Below are positions 1-10,237 of a DNA stretch of 64,000 bases, one piece after another. This stretch comes from Ilumatobacteraceae bacterium (lineage in GTDB: Bacteria > Actinomycetota > Acidimicrobiia > Acidimicrobiales > Ilumatobacteraceae), in the NCBI GenBank assembly GCA_963829675.1, contig CAWHJP010000020.1:2820-66819 (forward strand). Reading direction: 5' to 3'. Within the stretch, counting starts at the first letter, position 1, and every line of letters begins with the position of its first letter. The notes beneath the pieces are model-generated. The model did no database searches. It had not been told where the DNA came from and was given only the letters and a program-made list of their open reading frames with translations. The position numbers were made by a program, and so were the translations under genes.

Positions 1-81
1 TCCCGCCGCCGCTGGATCATCGCCTGTGCCGCCGCTATCGCCCTTGCCACCCTCACCGGGCTCCTCGGTGTCAGGGTCTGA
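1..81 (+). CDS. C-terminal end of a gene cut by the window edge (basic patch plus hydrophobic helix)
   Basis: Frame 1 reads SRRRWIIACAAAIALATLTGLLGVRV then TGA at 79-81. Too short to name. Confidence 0.3.
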   Translation, partial: SRRRWIIACAAAIALATLTGLLGVRV

Positions 82-161
82 GATCGAGCGTTGACAAAAG
101 TCATCTGAACCGGGCACGACCCGCACAGTTCGGCGGTCTCGTCAGATTCTGGCTCCGGTGC

Positions 162-491
162 TCACGGCTCGGCGACGATCCAGCCGCGACGCTGCAGCTC
201 CGCGGCGAGCAGGTCGGATGACACCTCCCGCAATGCACGCTCTGCAGTGGTCGGGCGCGGTATGGGCGTACGACCAGGCGATGGGCTCTCGTTTTGCGCC
301 GCTGCTTCCAGCTGTTCAATGAAGGCGTCGGCCTCGTCCCGCGTGAACTTGCCACCGGCTTGGCGTTGAGTGAATCCCATCGGACCGCGGGCGTCACGAA
401 AGTCGGTGTGGCCGGCATCGTGCAGCAGCGCCAGTAGCTGGCGAACCATATGCGCCGGGGCGGGCGGGCCTGACTGCTGACCGAATGCCAT
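162..491 (-). CDS. hypothetical protein, about 109 aa
   Basis: ATG at 491 inside the 162..1040 ORF. The product MAFGQQSGPPAPAHMVRQLLALLHDAGHTDFRDARG...FTRDEADAFIEQLEAAAQ... has protein-like composition. The upstream part of that ORF is antisense to the better 642..1100 CDS. Confidence 0.45.
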   Translation of the reverse strand: MAFGQQSGPPAPAHMVRQLLALLHDAGHTDFRDARGPMGFTQRQAGGKFTRDEADAFIEQLEAAAQNESPSPGRTPIPRPTTAERALREVSSDLLAAELQRRGWIVAEP

Positions 492-641
492 GCCGGCAGT
501 CTCGCGTTTCGCCACGACTGGCGGGTGGTGCCCCGACCGGCGGTTGGTGACACCTTCGCACTGGGTCGAGGTCCGCAGGCGCCAAACCCGAACGGGACTC
601 GCTGAGGGTGTGGATATGGTTCGGAACGGGTACTCCGCGTC

Positions 642-1100
642 GTGAGCATCATTCGAAATGACGATGGATCCCTGACCGTGCCCGTGGCGCCTGGCCGCCA
701 TGAGGAGGACAGTGCCGGTGACGCCGTCACCGAACCCGGTTCGATGGTGATCCGACCGGGCGAGGGCGGATACATCGAGGCGCTCGCGGAGTGGGAGAGC
801 GAGCAGCACCCGGACCGGGGAGAAGCGGTGTCGACCGCATCGGGCCGCGAGCAGGCGATGGCCGTCGTACACGCCGTGGCCGAGGACCCGGACCACGTCG
901 CCGAGGCCGTCGATGCTCTCGACGACCCGGTCGCCGGCGCCGAGGCGCTCCGCCACGTGCTGGTGGGTGGCACACCGTCGGTCCAGGCGTTCGCTGGCGA
1001 AGTGGCTGACGAGGAGGGCGGCGATGTGATCCCGCCCCACACCGCGACCCGCATCATCGGCGAAGTCCTGTCTGAGATCGACGCCCGACCTGTCTCATAG
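642..1100 (+). CDS. hypothetical acidic protein, 152 aa
   Basis: GTG-start ORF with high GC3 by eye and Asp/Glu-rich composition (…AEDPDHVAEAVDALDDPVAGAEALRHVL…). No family recognised. Confidence 0.5.
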   Translation: MSIIRNDDGSLTVPVAPGRHEEDSAGDAVTEPGSMVIRPGEGGYIEALAEWESEQHPDRGEAVSTASGREQAMAVVHAVAEDPDHVAEAVDALDDPVAGAEALRHVLVGGTPSVQAFAGEVADEEGGDVIPPHTATRIIGEVLSEIDARPVS

Positions 1101-1445
1101 TCGCGACGACACCGGTCATCTCGTCGATGGCAAACCCGGGTTTGTGATCTGACGTCGCGGATATCCCTCGTGGTCGGCACTCGGTTCACGAGGTAGCGAC
1201 AGCTCACGCCGAAGATGCGATCGAGAACCCCGGGGTGGAGCCCTCGAGGACCTCGAACCGACGGACGACGCGGACGCTCCGGCGCCTTAGTCCAACACGA
1301 CCGAATGGTGCTCGAACGTCCCCACGCCGTGCGCACTGATGCGTTCATAACACCTCCGACCCTTGCGAACTCCCAGGTCACCGAGTTAGCTTCCGAGAGC
1401 GGGCGATGAAGTGACCAGACCAAATCGCGACACGGAAGGCCAGTC

Positions 1446-4400
1446 ATGACTCGCACTTCGCGCCCGCTGCTCACCCTTGCACTTGGAGGCGTCCTGGCCG
1501 CAGGCCTGTGTGTCGCCGTCCCGTCGGCCACTGCGTCGCCCCCGGTCGTGAGCCCCGCGCCGGGCGCACCTGGGGCCATGTCGCACTTCGGGCTGGCTCG
1601 CAAAGACTGCGTCGGCACCGCCCGCAACACATCGTCGAAGGTGTGGTTCACCGTGGCCGGTGGCGTGCTCTCCGACGTGTACTACCCGACGATCGACAAC
1701 ACGAACATCGAGACTCTGCAGTACATCGTCACCGACGGCTCGACCTTCACCGACCTGCAGACCCGAGACACCACCTACACCGTGAAGTCGCTCGACGACA
1801 GCGGTATGTCGTGCCGGATCACGAGCACCGCCAAGAACGGCAAGTACACGCTCGTCACCGACTACCTCACGGACCCGGGCCGCAACAGCGTGGCGATGGA
1901 GACAACACTCAAGCCGGCACGAGGCGTCAAGAACCTCAAGGTCTACGTGCGGATGGACGCGACCGTCAACGGCAACGGCGGCGGCGATAGTGGCACCCCC
2001 GCGCCCAGAATGGCGGCGCCGACGATGCGGTCATCGATACGTCCACCGGCTCGCCGGTCCCGGTATCGATCGATATCGAGACCTGGACCAACGCCGCCAA
2101 TCGTGACTACGCCGACGCCGGTCTACGCCGCCCTACGGGCCGACCGTCCGTTCAGGGCGGCGTCGAGCGGGTACGCCGGAACCGAGAGCGACGGGCTCGT
2201 CCAACTCGACACCGCCCGGCGCCTGAGCACGACCTACACGAGCGCCACCGACGGCAACGTCGTCCAGGTCGCCCAGGTGGACGCCCGCGCAAACCATTCC
2301 TTCACCCTCGCCCTCGGGTTCGGCAACGACCAGCGCCAAGCCGTCCGCGAGGCAGGCCGCACTGCCTCGACCAAGTTCAAGGAGTTGTCCAGGCGCTACA
2401 CCGATGGGTGGGAGGACTACATCGACAGCCTCGTCGGGCCTGGGAGGCCATCTGGCTTGGACCGGCATGAACGGGCCGAGATCGAGCGCACCTACAGCAC
2501 GTCGGCAGCGGTGCTGAAGGCGAGCGAGGACAAGACGTTTCCTGGTGCGATCGTCGCCTCGCTGGCGAGCCCGTGGGGTCAGGCGGTCGCCGCCGGAGAT
2601 CCGGCGCAGACGTACTTCGGCTCGTACCGCGAGGTCTTCGCCCGCGATCTGTACGAGACGTTCACCGGACTGCTCGCCGCCGGCGACACCGAGACCGCTG
2701 AGGACACGGTTCGCTTCCTGTTCGAGCGCCAACAGCTCTCGGACGGTTCCTTCCCACGCAACAGCCTGATCAACGGCAAGCTCGCCCCCGACTCGTTCGG
2801 CATCCAGCTCGACGAGGTCGCGTATCCGATCCTGATGGCGCGAACCATCGGATTCAACGATGGCGACTTCTACGCCAACGAGATCCGGCCGGCTGCGGAC
2901 TTCCTCATCGCCCATGGCCCGGCGTTCGGGTCGGAGCGATGGGAGGAGCAGGCCGGCTGGTCACCATCGACGATCGCGGCCGAGATCGCCGGCCTCACCG
3001 CCGCCGGTTTCATCGCCGATCTGAACGGCGACACGGCCAGGGCGCGGCTCTACCGCGCCACGGCCGACCACTATCAGCGCTCGATCAAGGACTGGACGGT
3101 GACCAGCAACGGCCCGCTCAGTGCTGACCCGTACTTCATCCGGCTGTCCAAGAACGCCCTCCCGGACACGGAGTTCTTCTACAACCTCGGCAACGGTGGG
3201 CCCGATGCCGATCAGCGGGCGATCATCGACGCCGGTTTCCTCGAGCTGCCGCGGCTCGGAATCCTTCCGTTCGACGACCCCGACGTCGCCAACTCGATCG
3301 GCGTCGTCGATGCCGTGATTGCTGCCACGACGAACAGTGGCGACGGGTTCTACCGCTACGGCACCGTTCAACCCGGAACCGAGGACGGTTACGGCGACTG
3401 CGACGTCGACGATGCCACGGACTGCACGATCCAGGGCAAGCCCTGGGCTGGTGAGTGCGGTGCTCAGGCGCAGAACAAGGGCTCGGGTCATCTGTGGCCC
3501 GTGCTCTCCGCCGAGCGCGGCGAGCACCAGGTCGCCGACGGCGATGCGGCGTCGGCTTCGGAACTGCTGCTCGGGATGTCGCGCACCGGTTCCGGCGTCG
3601 GACTGATTCCTGAACAGGTCTGGGAGAACGCCGACCTGCCGGCGTCGCCCTTCGGCACGCCACCGGAGTGCGCGTCGATCGGGTTCGTCAACGGCAAGGC
3701 CGCCGGAAGCGCCACCCCGCTGACGTGGTCGGCGGCGTCGTTCGTCCGGCTCAGCCGCACGATCCGCGACGGTGAGATCACCGAGCAACCAGAGGACACC
3801 GTCGCTCGCTACATCGACAACACCCAGGGTGCCACGACGCTCACACTGACCTCGCCCGCCAACGGCAGCCTGGTGACCGGCACCACCATTGTCAGCGGCA
3901 CGACCGCACCGAACGCCGCCGTCGACATCGATGCCGTCAACATCGACATCGACGGTGCCGCGATCGTGACATCGACCGTCGCCGGCGCCGACGGTTCGTT
4001 CTCTGTCGAGGCACCGGTGCCGCCAGGCGCCTCCACGCTGACGGTCACCGCCACCGCACCCGACGGCGCCACTGCTTTCGCTCAAACGACGGTCATTTTC
4101 GACGTGGTCCCGGGCACGCTGCTCTTCGCAGCGAGCGACCCTGACGGCGACGACAACGGACCGGGAACGTACGACTACCCCAACTCTGCCAACTTCGTCG
4201 ACGGCGCCTACGACCTGCAGGCGTTCGAGGTCTACGACTCCGGTCCCGACACCGTGACCTTCCGAGTGCAGACGCGGGATCTGACACCGACCTTCGGCAG
4301 CCCGCTCGGCGCCCAGCTGGTCGACGTGTACCTCCGCGATCCAGCAGCCACGACGACCTCGACGGCAGCGTCGTTCGCACAACGCAACTACACGATCGAA

Positions 4401-4826
4401 CCGGAGGCGGCATGGAGTCGTCTGATCGAGGTGCAGGGCTTCGGGCAACGGTTCATCGATGCCTCGGGCGCCACGGTCGGCACGGTTGCGATCCGCGGAA
4501 CACAGGTCACGCGGTGGATCACGTTCACGGTGACAAAGGCTGCGCTGGGTGGCACGCCCGGCGCGGGCTGGTCGTTCGCCGTGGTGCTCACCGGCCAGGA
4601 CGGGTTCAGCACCGACCAAGCCCGCGGGTTCCAGCCACAGTCGGAGGACTTCCAGTTCGGTGTCTGTACACCCGAGGCAGTCGCCGCCGGCAACCCGATC
4701 TGCGCCGTCAATCCGAGCACCGTCCCCAAGGCGATGGACATCCTCACGCCGGAGGGAACGACACAGGCGGATGTCCTGAACCCGTTGGACCCACCGGTCG
4801 TCATCCCGGCGGTGACGATCCCGTAA
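1446..4826 (+). CDS. secreted glycoside hydrolase family 15 glucoamylase/glucodextranase-like enzyme
   Basis: 1126-aa ORF with a signal peptide (MTRTSRPLLTLALGGVLAAGLCVAVPSATA). GH15-type N-domain and catalytic region (SLASPWGQ, YREVFARDLYE, ERWEEQAGWSPSTIAAEIAGL, LIPEQVWE), then Ig-like and glucodextranase-C-like C-terminal domains. Residues about 185-225 look out of frame (see findings). Confidence 0.88.
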   Translation: MTRTSRPLLTLALGGVLAAGLCVAVPSATASPPVVSPAPGAPGAMSHFGLARKDCVGTARNTSSKVWFTVAGGVLSDVYYPTIDNTNIETLQYIVTDGSTFTDLQTRDTTYTVKSLDDSGMSCRITSTAKNGKYTLVTDYLTDPGRNSVAMETTLKPARGVKNLKVYVRMDATVNGNGGGDSGTPAPRMAAPTMRSSIRPPARRSRYRSISRPGPTPPIVTTPTPVYAALRADRPFRAASSGYAGTESDGLVQLDTARRLSTTYTSATDGNVVQVAQVDARANHSFTLALGFGNDQRQAVREAGRTASTKFKELSRRYTDGWEDYIDSLVGPGRPSGLDRHERAEIERTYSTSAAVLKASEDKTFPGAIVASLASPWGQAVAAGDPAQTYFGSYREVFARDLYETFTGLLAAGDTETAEDTVRFLFERQQLSDGSFPRNSLINGKLAPDSFGIQLDEVAYPILMARTIGFNDGDFYANEIRPAADFLIAHGPAFGSERWEEQAGWSPSTIAAEIAGLTAAGFIADLNGDTARARLYRATADHYQRSIKDWTVTSNGPLSADPYFIRLSKNALPDTEFFYNLGNGGPDADQRAIIDAGFLELPRLGILPFDDPDVANSIGVVDAVIAATTNSGDGFYRYGTVQPGTEDGYGDCDVDDATDCTIQGKPWAGECGAQAQNKGSGHLWPVLSAERGEHQVADGDAASASELLLGMSRTGSGVGLIPEQVWENADLPASPFGTPPECASIGFVNGKAAGSATPLTWSAASFVRLSRTIRDGEITEQPEDTVARYIDNTQGATTLTLTSPANGSLVTGTTIVSGTTAPNAAVDIDAVNIDIDGAAIVTSTVAGADGSFSVEAPVPPGASTLTVTATAPDGATAFAQTTVIFDVVPGTLLFAASDPDGDDNGPGTYDYPNSANFVDGAYDLQAFEVYDSGPDTVTFRVQTRDLTPTFGSPLGAQLVDVYLRDPAATTTSTAASFAQRNYTIEPEAAWSRLIEVQGFGQRFIDASGATVGTVAIRGTQVTRWITFTVTKAALGGTPGAGWSFAVVLTGQDGFSTDQARGFQPQSEDFQFGVCTPEAVAAGNPICAVNPSTVPKAMDILTPEGTTQADVLNPLDPPVVIPAVTIP

Positions 4827-4895
4827 CTCACCAACCGCCACAACCGTGCTGACCGTCACGGCGCAGGCCGAAGCGGGCCGATTTACTGTTTGGTC

Positions 4896-5306
4896 ATGAG
4901 CGACGATCAGATCGACACCGAAGCGCGCGACATCGAGACGGTTCGGGCGATCTACGCCGCGATGGAGGCCGTCGACATCGGTCGGCTGATCGAGTTGATC
5001 GACCCGGAGTGCGTGATCGTCCAGGACGACCGGCTGCCATGGGGCGGCCGCCACGTCGGCCACGAGGGATTCGCCAACTTCGCCGCCCACCTCACGGGCA
5101 CCATCCAGTCGAAGGTCACGACGACGGCCATTTTCGCCGCCGACGGCGACGTCTTCCAGGTCGGTCGGACCGCGGGCACGACCGTGCACGGCGGCGTTCC
5201 GTTCGACATCGACGAGGTGCACCGCTGGACCATCCGTGACGGCCGGGCGGTCGCCGCCCACTTCTCGATCGACACCGCGGCAATGCTCGCCGCGCTCACT
5301 CAGTAG
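4896..5306 (+). CDS. SnoaL/NTF2-like (ketosteroid-isomerase-fold) protein
   Basis: ATG at 4896; the ORF track starts at TTG 4890. About 136 aa with the typical pattern ETVRAIYAAMEAVDIGRLIELIDPECV…HRWTIRDGRAVAAHFSIDTAAM. Confidence 0.7.
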   Translation: MSDDQIDTEARDIETVRAIYAAMEAVDIGRLIELIDPECVIVQDDRLPWGGRHVGHEGFANFAAHLTGTIQSKVTTTAIFAADGDVFQVGRTAGTTVHGGVPFDIDEVHRWTIRDGRAVAAHFSIDTAAMLAALTQ

Positions 5307-5525
5307 GGGTCCGCCTTACCAGGCTCGGTACGGGAGTCGAACGCGAGGCGTTGAAATGGTTCGACTGCGACAGCGGACTCACTGCTGTGCGCTGGATGAG
5401 GCGGTGTCAATCGGGTTGCCCGGCGGGTGTGCGCTGGGCGCCTACACGGCTTGGTGGTTGCCGAGAACCCGTTCGAGTTGGTCGCAGTATTGCCGCGTGG
5501 TCGCGGCGACGTGGGCTCGTCGGCG

Positions 5526-7436
5526 TCACTCGTCGGATCGGGGCGGCGCCGCAAGTGGCGGCCCGGGGTTCGACGTAGCCCACGACAGGTAGGCCTCCTC
5601 GGCGACGGGGAGGGTGGGGAACAGCATGTCCTGTCCGATCAGGTCGGCCAGCCCGGCCCGCTCGAGCGGAATCCGCAGGTCGGTCTTGACACGCGCCAGG
5701 GCGAGGCTGACACCTCGGGCGGCGAGGTCGCGGTGGAGGTCGCGCAGGCCGTCGGCTGCGGTGATGTCGACTTCGACGTTCGCTTCGACGTTGAGGATGA
5801 ACCATCGCACGGGGTGCTCGGGGCGGGCCGCATTCTCCTGGTCCACGGCGAGCAGGGCGCGCCGTCGCATGTCGGCGACGTTGGCGAAGAACAGCGGGGC
5901 GTCGTAGCGGTAGACGACGAGGCCCGGCAGGGTCTCGGCGTCGGGGTAGTCGTCGACGTCGTGCATCCCGGCCATCCCTGGCACCCGGCCGAGCACGCCT
6001 TCGTGGGGTCGAGCCAGCCGCAAGAGGATTTCGGCCAGGCTGAGCGCAATCGCCACGCCGACGCCGACGAGCACGCCGAAGAGGACCGTTCCGAGCGTGG
6101 CGGTGATGGCCAGCAGGAGTTCGGTGGTGCGGAACCGGGCGAGTCGCACGACCTCCTTCCATGAGACGAGCGTGCTGGCTGCGTAGAAGACGACCGCGGC
6201 GAGCGACGCTTGGGGCAGGTTTTCGATCAGGGGCCCGGCCACGAACAGGACGAGGAGCACGACCGCCGCGGCGACCAGGGAGTAGAGCTGGGTGTGGGCC
6301 CGCGCAGCGATGGCCAGTGCGGTGCGGGACCCCGACGACGACACCGGGAAGCCGCTCATCAGGCCGGTAGCGGCGTGCACGCCGGCGAGGGCGGTGAGTT
6401 CCTGTTGAGGGTCGACCGACTCACGGGCCGTTTCACCCTCCTCGACCGGGGCGGGGAAGGCGCGGGCGATCAGCATGCAGTCGCTGTAGCCGATCACCGC
6501 AATGCCGAGTCCGGCCAGTATCAGGGTCCGGAACTCCTCCCATGTCACGTCGGGGAGGCCGGGCGTCGGCAGCCCGGTCGGGACCGCGCCGACCACCGCG
6601 ACCCCGTGGTCGGCCAGGTCGGCCGCGACGCACACGACGGTGGCCGCGGCGACGGCGATCAGGGTCGCCGGCCAGCGCGGCCGCAGGACGTGGACCAGCA
6701 GCAGCAGGCCCAGCGTGCCAGCGCCGACCGCGAGGGTCAGCAGGTCAGTGTCGTCGACGACCCCGGCGAAGGACCGGAGCTGAGCGACGAGGTTGTCGCC
6801 CTCGACGGTCGTCCCGGTCATCTTGCCCAACTGTCCGACGATCATCAGCACCGCCGCACCCGCGAGGTAGCCGACCAGGAGCGGCTGGGAGAGCAGATCG
6901 GAAATCACGCCGAGGCGAGCCAGTCGGCCGATCAGGCACCACCCGCCCACGATCAGGCTCAGCGCTGCGGCCAACGCCACCGCCCGATCGGGATCGCCTG
7001 CCGCCAGCGGCGCGATCGCCGTGCCCGCCATCAGGGCGATCGTCGACTCCGGACCGACCGACAACACCCGCGACGAACCCAGTGCGGCGTAGACGATCAG
7101 CGCCGCCAGCGCAGTCCACAGTCCGGCCACCGGCGGGACGCCGACGAGCGCCGTGTAGGCCATGACCTGCGGCACCATGTAGGCGACGACCGAGATCCCG
7201 GCAAACACGTCGGGTCGCAGCCAGCTACGTCGATAGTGCCGCAACACGCCGATGCCCGGTGCGGTGCCCGCGACGGCGTCGAGCAGGGTGCGATCGCGTG
7301 ACGGCGACAACTCGAACCGAGTCGCCGGGCGCCGGGCAATCCTGCCGGCGCCCTCTTGCTCCGAGGGCCCCTGCGTGCTCGCTGCCCCTTCGAACGAGCG
7401 GTCGCTGGGCGCCGCATCATCATCGTTCACGGCCAC
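5526..7436 (-). CDS. SulP/SLC26-family anion (sulfate) permease with C-terminal STAS domain
   Basis: 636-aa ORF with a multi-pass membrane core, then a STAS-like tail (VVYRYDAPLFFANV…WFILNVEANVEVDITAADGLRDLHRDLAARGVSLALARV). Confidence 0.88.
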   Translation of the reverse strand: MAVNDDDAAPSDRSFEGAASTQGPSEQEGAGRIARRPATRFELSPSRDRTLLDAVAGTAPGIGVLRHYRRSWLRPDVFAGISVVAYMVPQVMAYTALVGVPPVAGLWTALAALIVYAALGSSRVLSVGPESTIALMAGTAIAPLAAGDPDRAVALAAALSLIVGGWCLIGRLARLGVISDLLSQPLLVGYLAGAAVLMIVGQLGKMTGTTVEGDNLVAQLRSFAGVVDDTDLLTLAVGAGTLGLLLLVHVLRPRWPATLIAVAAATVVCVAADLADHGVAVVGAVPTGLPTPGLPDVTWEEFRTLILAGLGIAVIGYSDCMLIARAFPAPVEEGETARESVDPQQELTALAGVHAATGLMSGFPVSSSGSRTALAIAARAHTQLYSLVAAAVVLLVLFVAGPLIENLPQASLAAVVFYAASTLVSWKEVVRLARFRTTELLLAITATLGTVLFGVLVGVGVAIALSLAEILLRLARPHEGVLGRVPGMAGMHDVDDYPDAETLPGLVVYRYDAPLFFANVADMRRRALLAVDQENAARPEHPVRWFILNVEANVEVDITAADGLRDLHRDLAARGVSLALARVKTDLRIPLERAGLADLIGQDMLFPTLPVAEEAYLSWATSNPGPPLAAPPRSDE

Positions 7437-7633
7437 TCCATCAACTGACTGCTAAGTCGATCACTGCCCCGCTGTGACCCGGACACACGTCACCACCCTG
7501 GCGACGACGAAGGGTGACCTCACGGCCTTCCCGCAAGGCTAGATCAACGCTTCAGCGCGTTGCGTCGAGCACGAAGCGGTAAGAATTGGGAGACAGTGAC
7601 GATCTGCATCGCCACCAGAAGGAGGCGTCGACG

Positions 7634-8455
7634 ATGAACCCGATGGCACGCCGGATGTTCGAGCTGGTCGAGCCGATCGGTGTCATCCCGTACTCGGCCG
7701 ACGATCCCAACGAGGCGATGTTCGCCCTGGGGTTCACCAACCACTGGGACACCTACTTCGCCGGACGGGCGGCGCCGTTGGGCCTCGTTCCGGCGGAAGT
7801 GGTGGACGCTCTCTTCTACAACTTCGCTCCCGGTGAAGTGGCTCGCCACATTCCGAAGGTGTGGCGCACCACCACGCCGGAAGCCGCGATCGCCGCTCGT
7901 CAGATGGGTTGTGTGCAGGCTTTGCGGCGGATCCTGGGCGATGCCGTCGACTCTGTCGGCTTCGCACGCGCAGCTGAGCTGTTGACCCAGGCGGCGACCA
8001 GCGCACCGTTCGAGGGGCGGCCAATGTACGCCGCACTGCGCACGCTCCCGATCCCCGATGACGTCGTGGCCCGCCTTTTCCATGCAGCTTCGTTGCTTCG
8101 CGAGCACCGTGGCGACGGGCACATCGCAGCCCTCATGATCGAGGGTGTCGGCGGCCTCGAGGCTCACGTCCTGCTCGCCCTCGACATGGACATGCCAGCC
8201 GAAAAGTTCGGACGCATCCACCACCTCCCCGCAGCCCAGCTCGCCGCCGTGATCGACGGGATGCGCGATCGCGGCCTGATCGGCGAGGACGGTTGGCTGA
8301 GTGAACCGGGTCGCGCCGTCAAGCAGCGCGTCGAGGAGTACACCGACGACCTCGCAGCGAAGCCCTACGAAAGCCTCGAACCCGGCGAACTCGACGAGCT
8401 CATCGGGACGCTCGAGCCGCTGGCCACCCGACTGCTCGCCGCCCAAGATTTCTAG
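7634..8455 (+). CDS. conserved actinobacterial protein (SCO6745-family-like, C-terminal wHTH-like region)
   Basis: ATG 7634 preceded by AGGAGG. MNPMARRMFELVEPIGVIPYSADD…YFAGRAAPLGLVPAEVVDALFYNFAPGEVARHIPKVW matches my memory of this family. Confidence 0.65.
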   Translation: MNPMARRMFELVEPIGVIPYSADDPNEAMFALGFTNHWDTYFAGRAAPLGLVPAEVVDALFYNFAPGEVARHIPKVWRTTTPEAAIAARQMGCVQALRRILGDAVDSVGFARAAELLTQAATSAPFEGRPMYAALRTLPIPDDVVARLFHAASLLREHRGDGHIAALMIEGVGGLEAHVLLALDMDMPAEKFGRIHHLPAAQLAAVIDGMRDRGLIGEDGWLSEPGRAVKQRVEEYTDDLAAKPYESLEPGELDELIGTLEPLATRLLAAQDF

Positions 8456-8495
8456 ACGCTGCGGTGGCGACGAACTAGGCGGGTGCCTTGATGAG

Positions 8496-8927
8496 TCAGC
8501 CGTTGGGCGGAGCGCTCGAGATGGCGTCGACCAGGTCGCCGATGGTCGTGTCGGGCATGGCGCGGGCGATGTCGGCCTGACTGACCATGCCGACGAGCGC
8601 CGTGCCGTCGATCACTGGCAGCCGCCGAAGGGCATGGTCCTTCATGGTACGAATCGCCTCCTCCACACTGTCGTCGGCGCCGATGGTCACGACTTCGCCG
8701 CCGTCGACGAGGTCGGAAAGGCGAACCGTGTCGGGGTCCTGTCCGGTGGCGACGATCTTGACCGCCAGATCACGGTCGGTGACGACACCGCACAAGCGGC
8801 CGGACGTGTCGCAAACGGGAATGGCGCCGACATTGGTGTCGGCCATCTTGCGAGCGGCGTCCGCCGCGGTGCTGTCGGCAGAGCAGTACGTGGCGTCACT
8901 GGTCATAATGTCGCGGGCAACAGTCAT
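8496..8927 (-). CDS. CBS-domain pair protein
   Basis: ATG at 8927 preceded by GGAGAG. Two CBS repeats (VARDIMTSDATYCSADS…VGAIPVCD; VVTIGADDSVEEAIRTMKDHALRRLPVIDGTALVGMVSQADI). Confidence 0.85.
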   Translation of the reverse strand: MTVARDIMTSDATYCSADSTAADAARKMADTNVGAIPVCDTSGRLCGVVTDRDLAVKIVATGQDPDTVRLSDLVDGGEVVTIGADDSVEEAIRTMKDHALRRLPVIDGTALVGMVSQADIARAMPDTTIGDLVDAISSAPPNG

Positions 8928-9065
8928 TGGTCTCTCCTCGGGATCGAAGGTGAAATCCGCCCCGCGGGTACGTTCCCGGAACTCGCTTTGGCCAACCCTC
9001 ACGACGACGGATGGCATGTGAGCGACCGTCTACTCGGCGAGAGGTGGAGCCCTAGAGTCTCCAAT

Positions 9066-10179
9066 GTGCGTGTCACGCCTGGCGTCGCGATGCTGATCGT
9101 CATTGTGGTCCTCGGTGGTTGCGGGTCGTCGGGGGAGACGAGTCCGACAACCACCAGCGGCGATGCGGGCGCCTCCTCCACGGAGGCTCCCGCCGACACG
9201 ATCGCCGATTCCGGCGCCGTTCGGTCGCTTTCGCCGGAACCGGTCACGATGGTGGTCGACACCGACGTCGCGCCCGACGACTTGGTGGCCTTGGCCTTCC
9301 TCGTTGCTTCCCCGTCGGTGACGGTCCAGGCGATCACCGTGACGGGCGCCGGCGAGGTGCGCTGCGAGGCCGGGCTCGACATTGTCTTGAGCCTGCTCGA
9401 ACGCCTCGACGCAGCTGAGATCCCAGTCGCCTGCGGTGCCGAGGCCCCGATTGCGGGTCAACACGAGTTTCCTTCGGCGTTCCGACGCGAACGCGGAGCG
9501 GGCCGCCGGCCTGGAGCTGCCGAGCACGACGCGGGAGGCGGCACCGGTCGACGCGGTGACGCTGTTGCTCGACTCGTTCGCGGGAGCGTCGGACCCGATC
9601 CGTCTGCTGACGTTGGGACCGCTGACCAACGTGGCGATGGCGTTGGAACAGGACGCCTCACTTGCGAGCCGCATCGACTCGATCTGGGTCATGGGTGGCG
9701 CCGTCGACGTTGCGGGCAATGTTGCCGGGTTCCCCGGTCCGTCCGTCGACAACACGGCAGCCGAGTGGAACATCTACGTCGACCCGACGGCGATGGCGAG
9801 CGTCCTCGATGCCGGAGTCCCGGTTCATCTCGTCAGCCTCGACGGGACCAACCAGGTGCCGGTGACGCCGGCGTTCGTTGCGCAAGTGAACGAAGCCGCA
9901 GGAGGTGCCGCGCCGCTCGACGTGCTGGCCGAGCTGTTCTCCGAGAACGACTACATGACCTCCGGTGACTACTACTTGTGGGACCCCCTGGCGGCGATGC
10001 TCGCCGCCGGCCACGACATCGGTACCTTCACCGACGCGCACCTCACCGTCGACACCACGGAGGGCGACACGAGCGGTGCCACCCGGAGTGGGCCTGGCGA
10101 CCCGAACGCCGGCTACCTCACGGCCGTCGACGCGAACACAGCACAGCAGACACTGCTCGACGTCCTCGCCCTCGGCTGA
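9066..10179 (+). pseudogene. lipoprotein-type inosine/uridine-preferring nucleoside hydrolase, one frame break near 9485
   Basis: N-terminal part lies in the frame of ORF 8301..9968: lipobox LGGCGSS, then VTMVVDTDVAPDDLVALAFL (DxDxxxDD motif). The C-terminal part is ORF 9436..10179 (LLTLGPLTNVAMAL…IWVMGGAVDVAGN…EWNIYVDP…YLWDPLAA). The junction reads EFPSAFR | DANAERAAG. Confidence 0.8.
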
Positions 10180-10237
10180 CGTCGGTCGCGATCACTCGCC
10201 GCACCACCTGCACCATCGACGTCAATACGCTGTGGAG

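Noticed and set aside
1100-1445. Possible small gene or regulatory RNA upstream of the GH15 gene (ORF 1215..1409 and short protein-like minus-strand stretches)
   Set aside because: No RBS, poor composition, no conserved structure or palindrome that I could see. Treated as ordinary intergenic or promoter DNA.
2961-5261. 766-aa ORF on the minus strand
   Set aside because: It is antisense to the well-supported GH15 and SnoaL genes. The Arg/Gly/Asp/Val-rich low-complexity translation is typical of the shadow frame of high-GC coding DNA, and it has no motifs.
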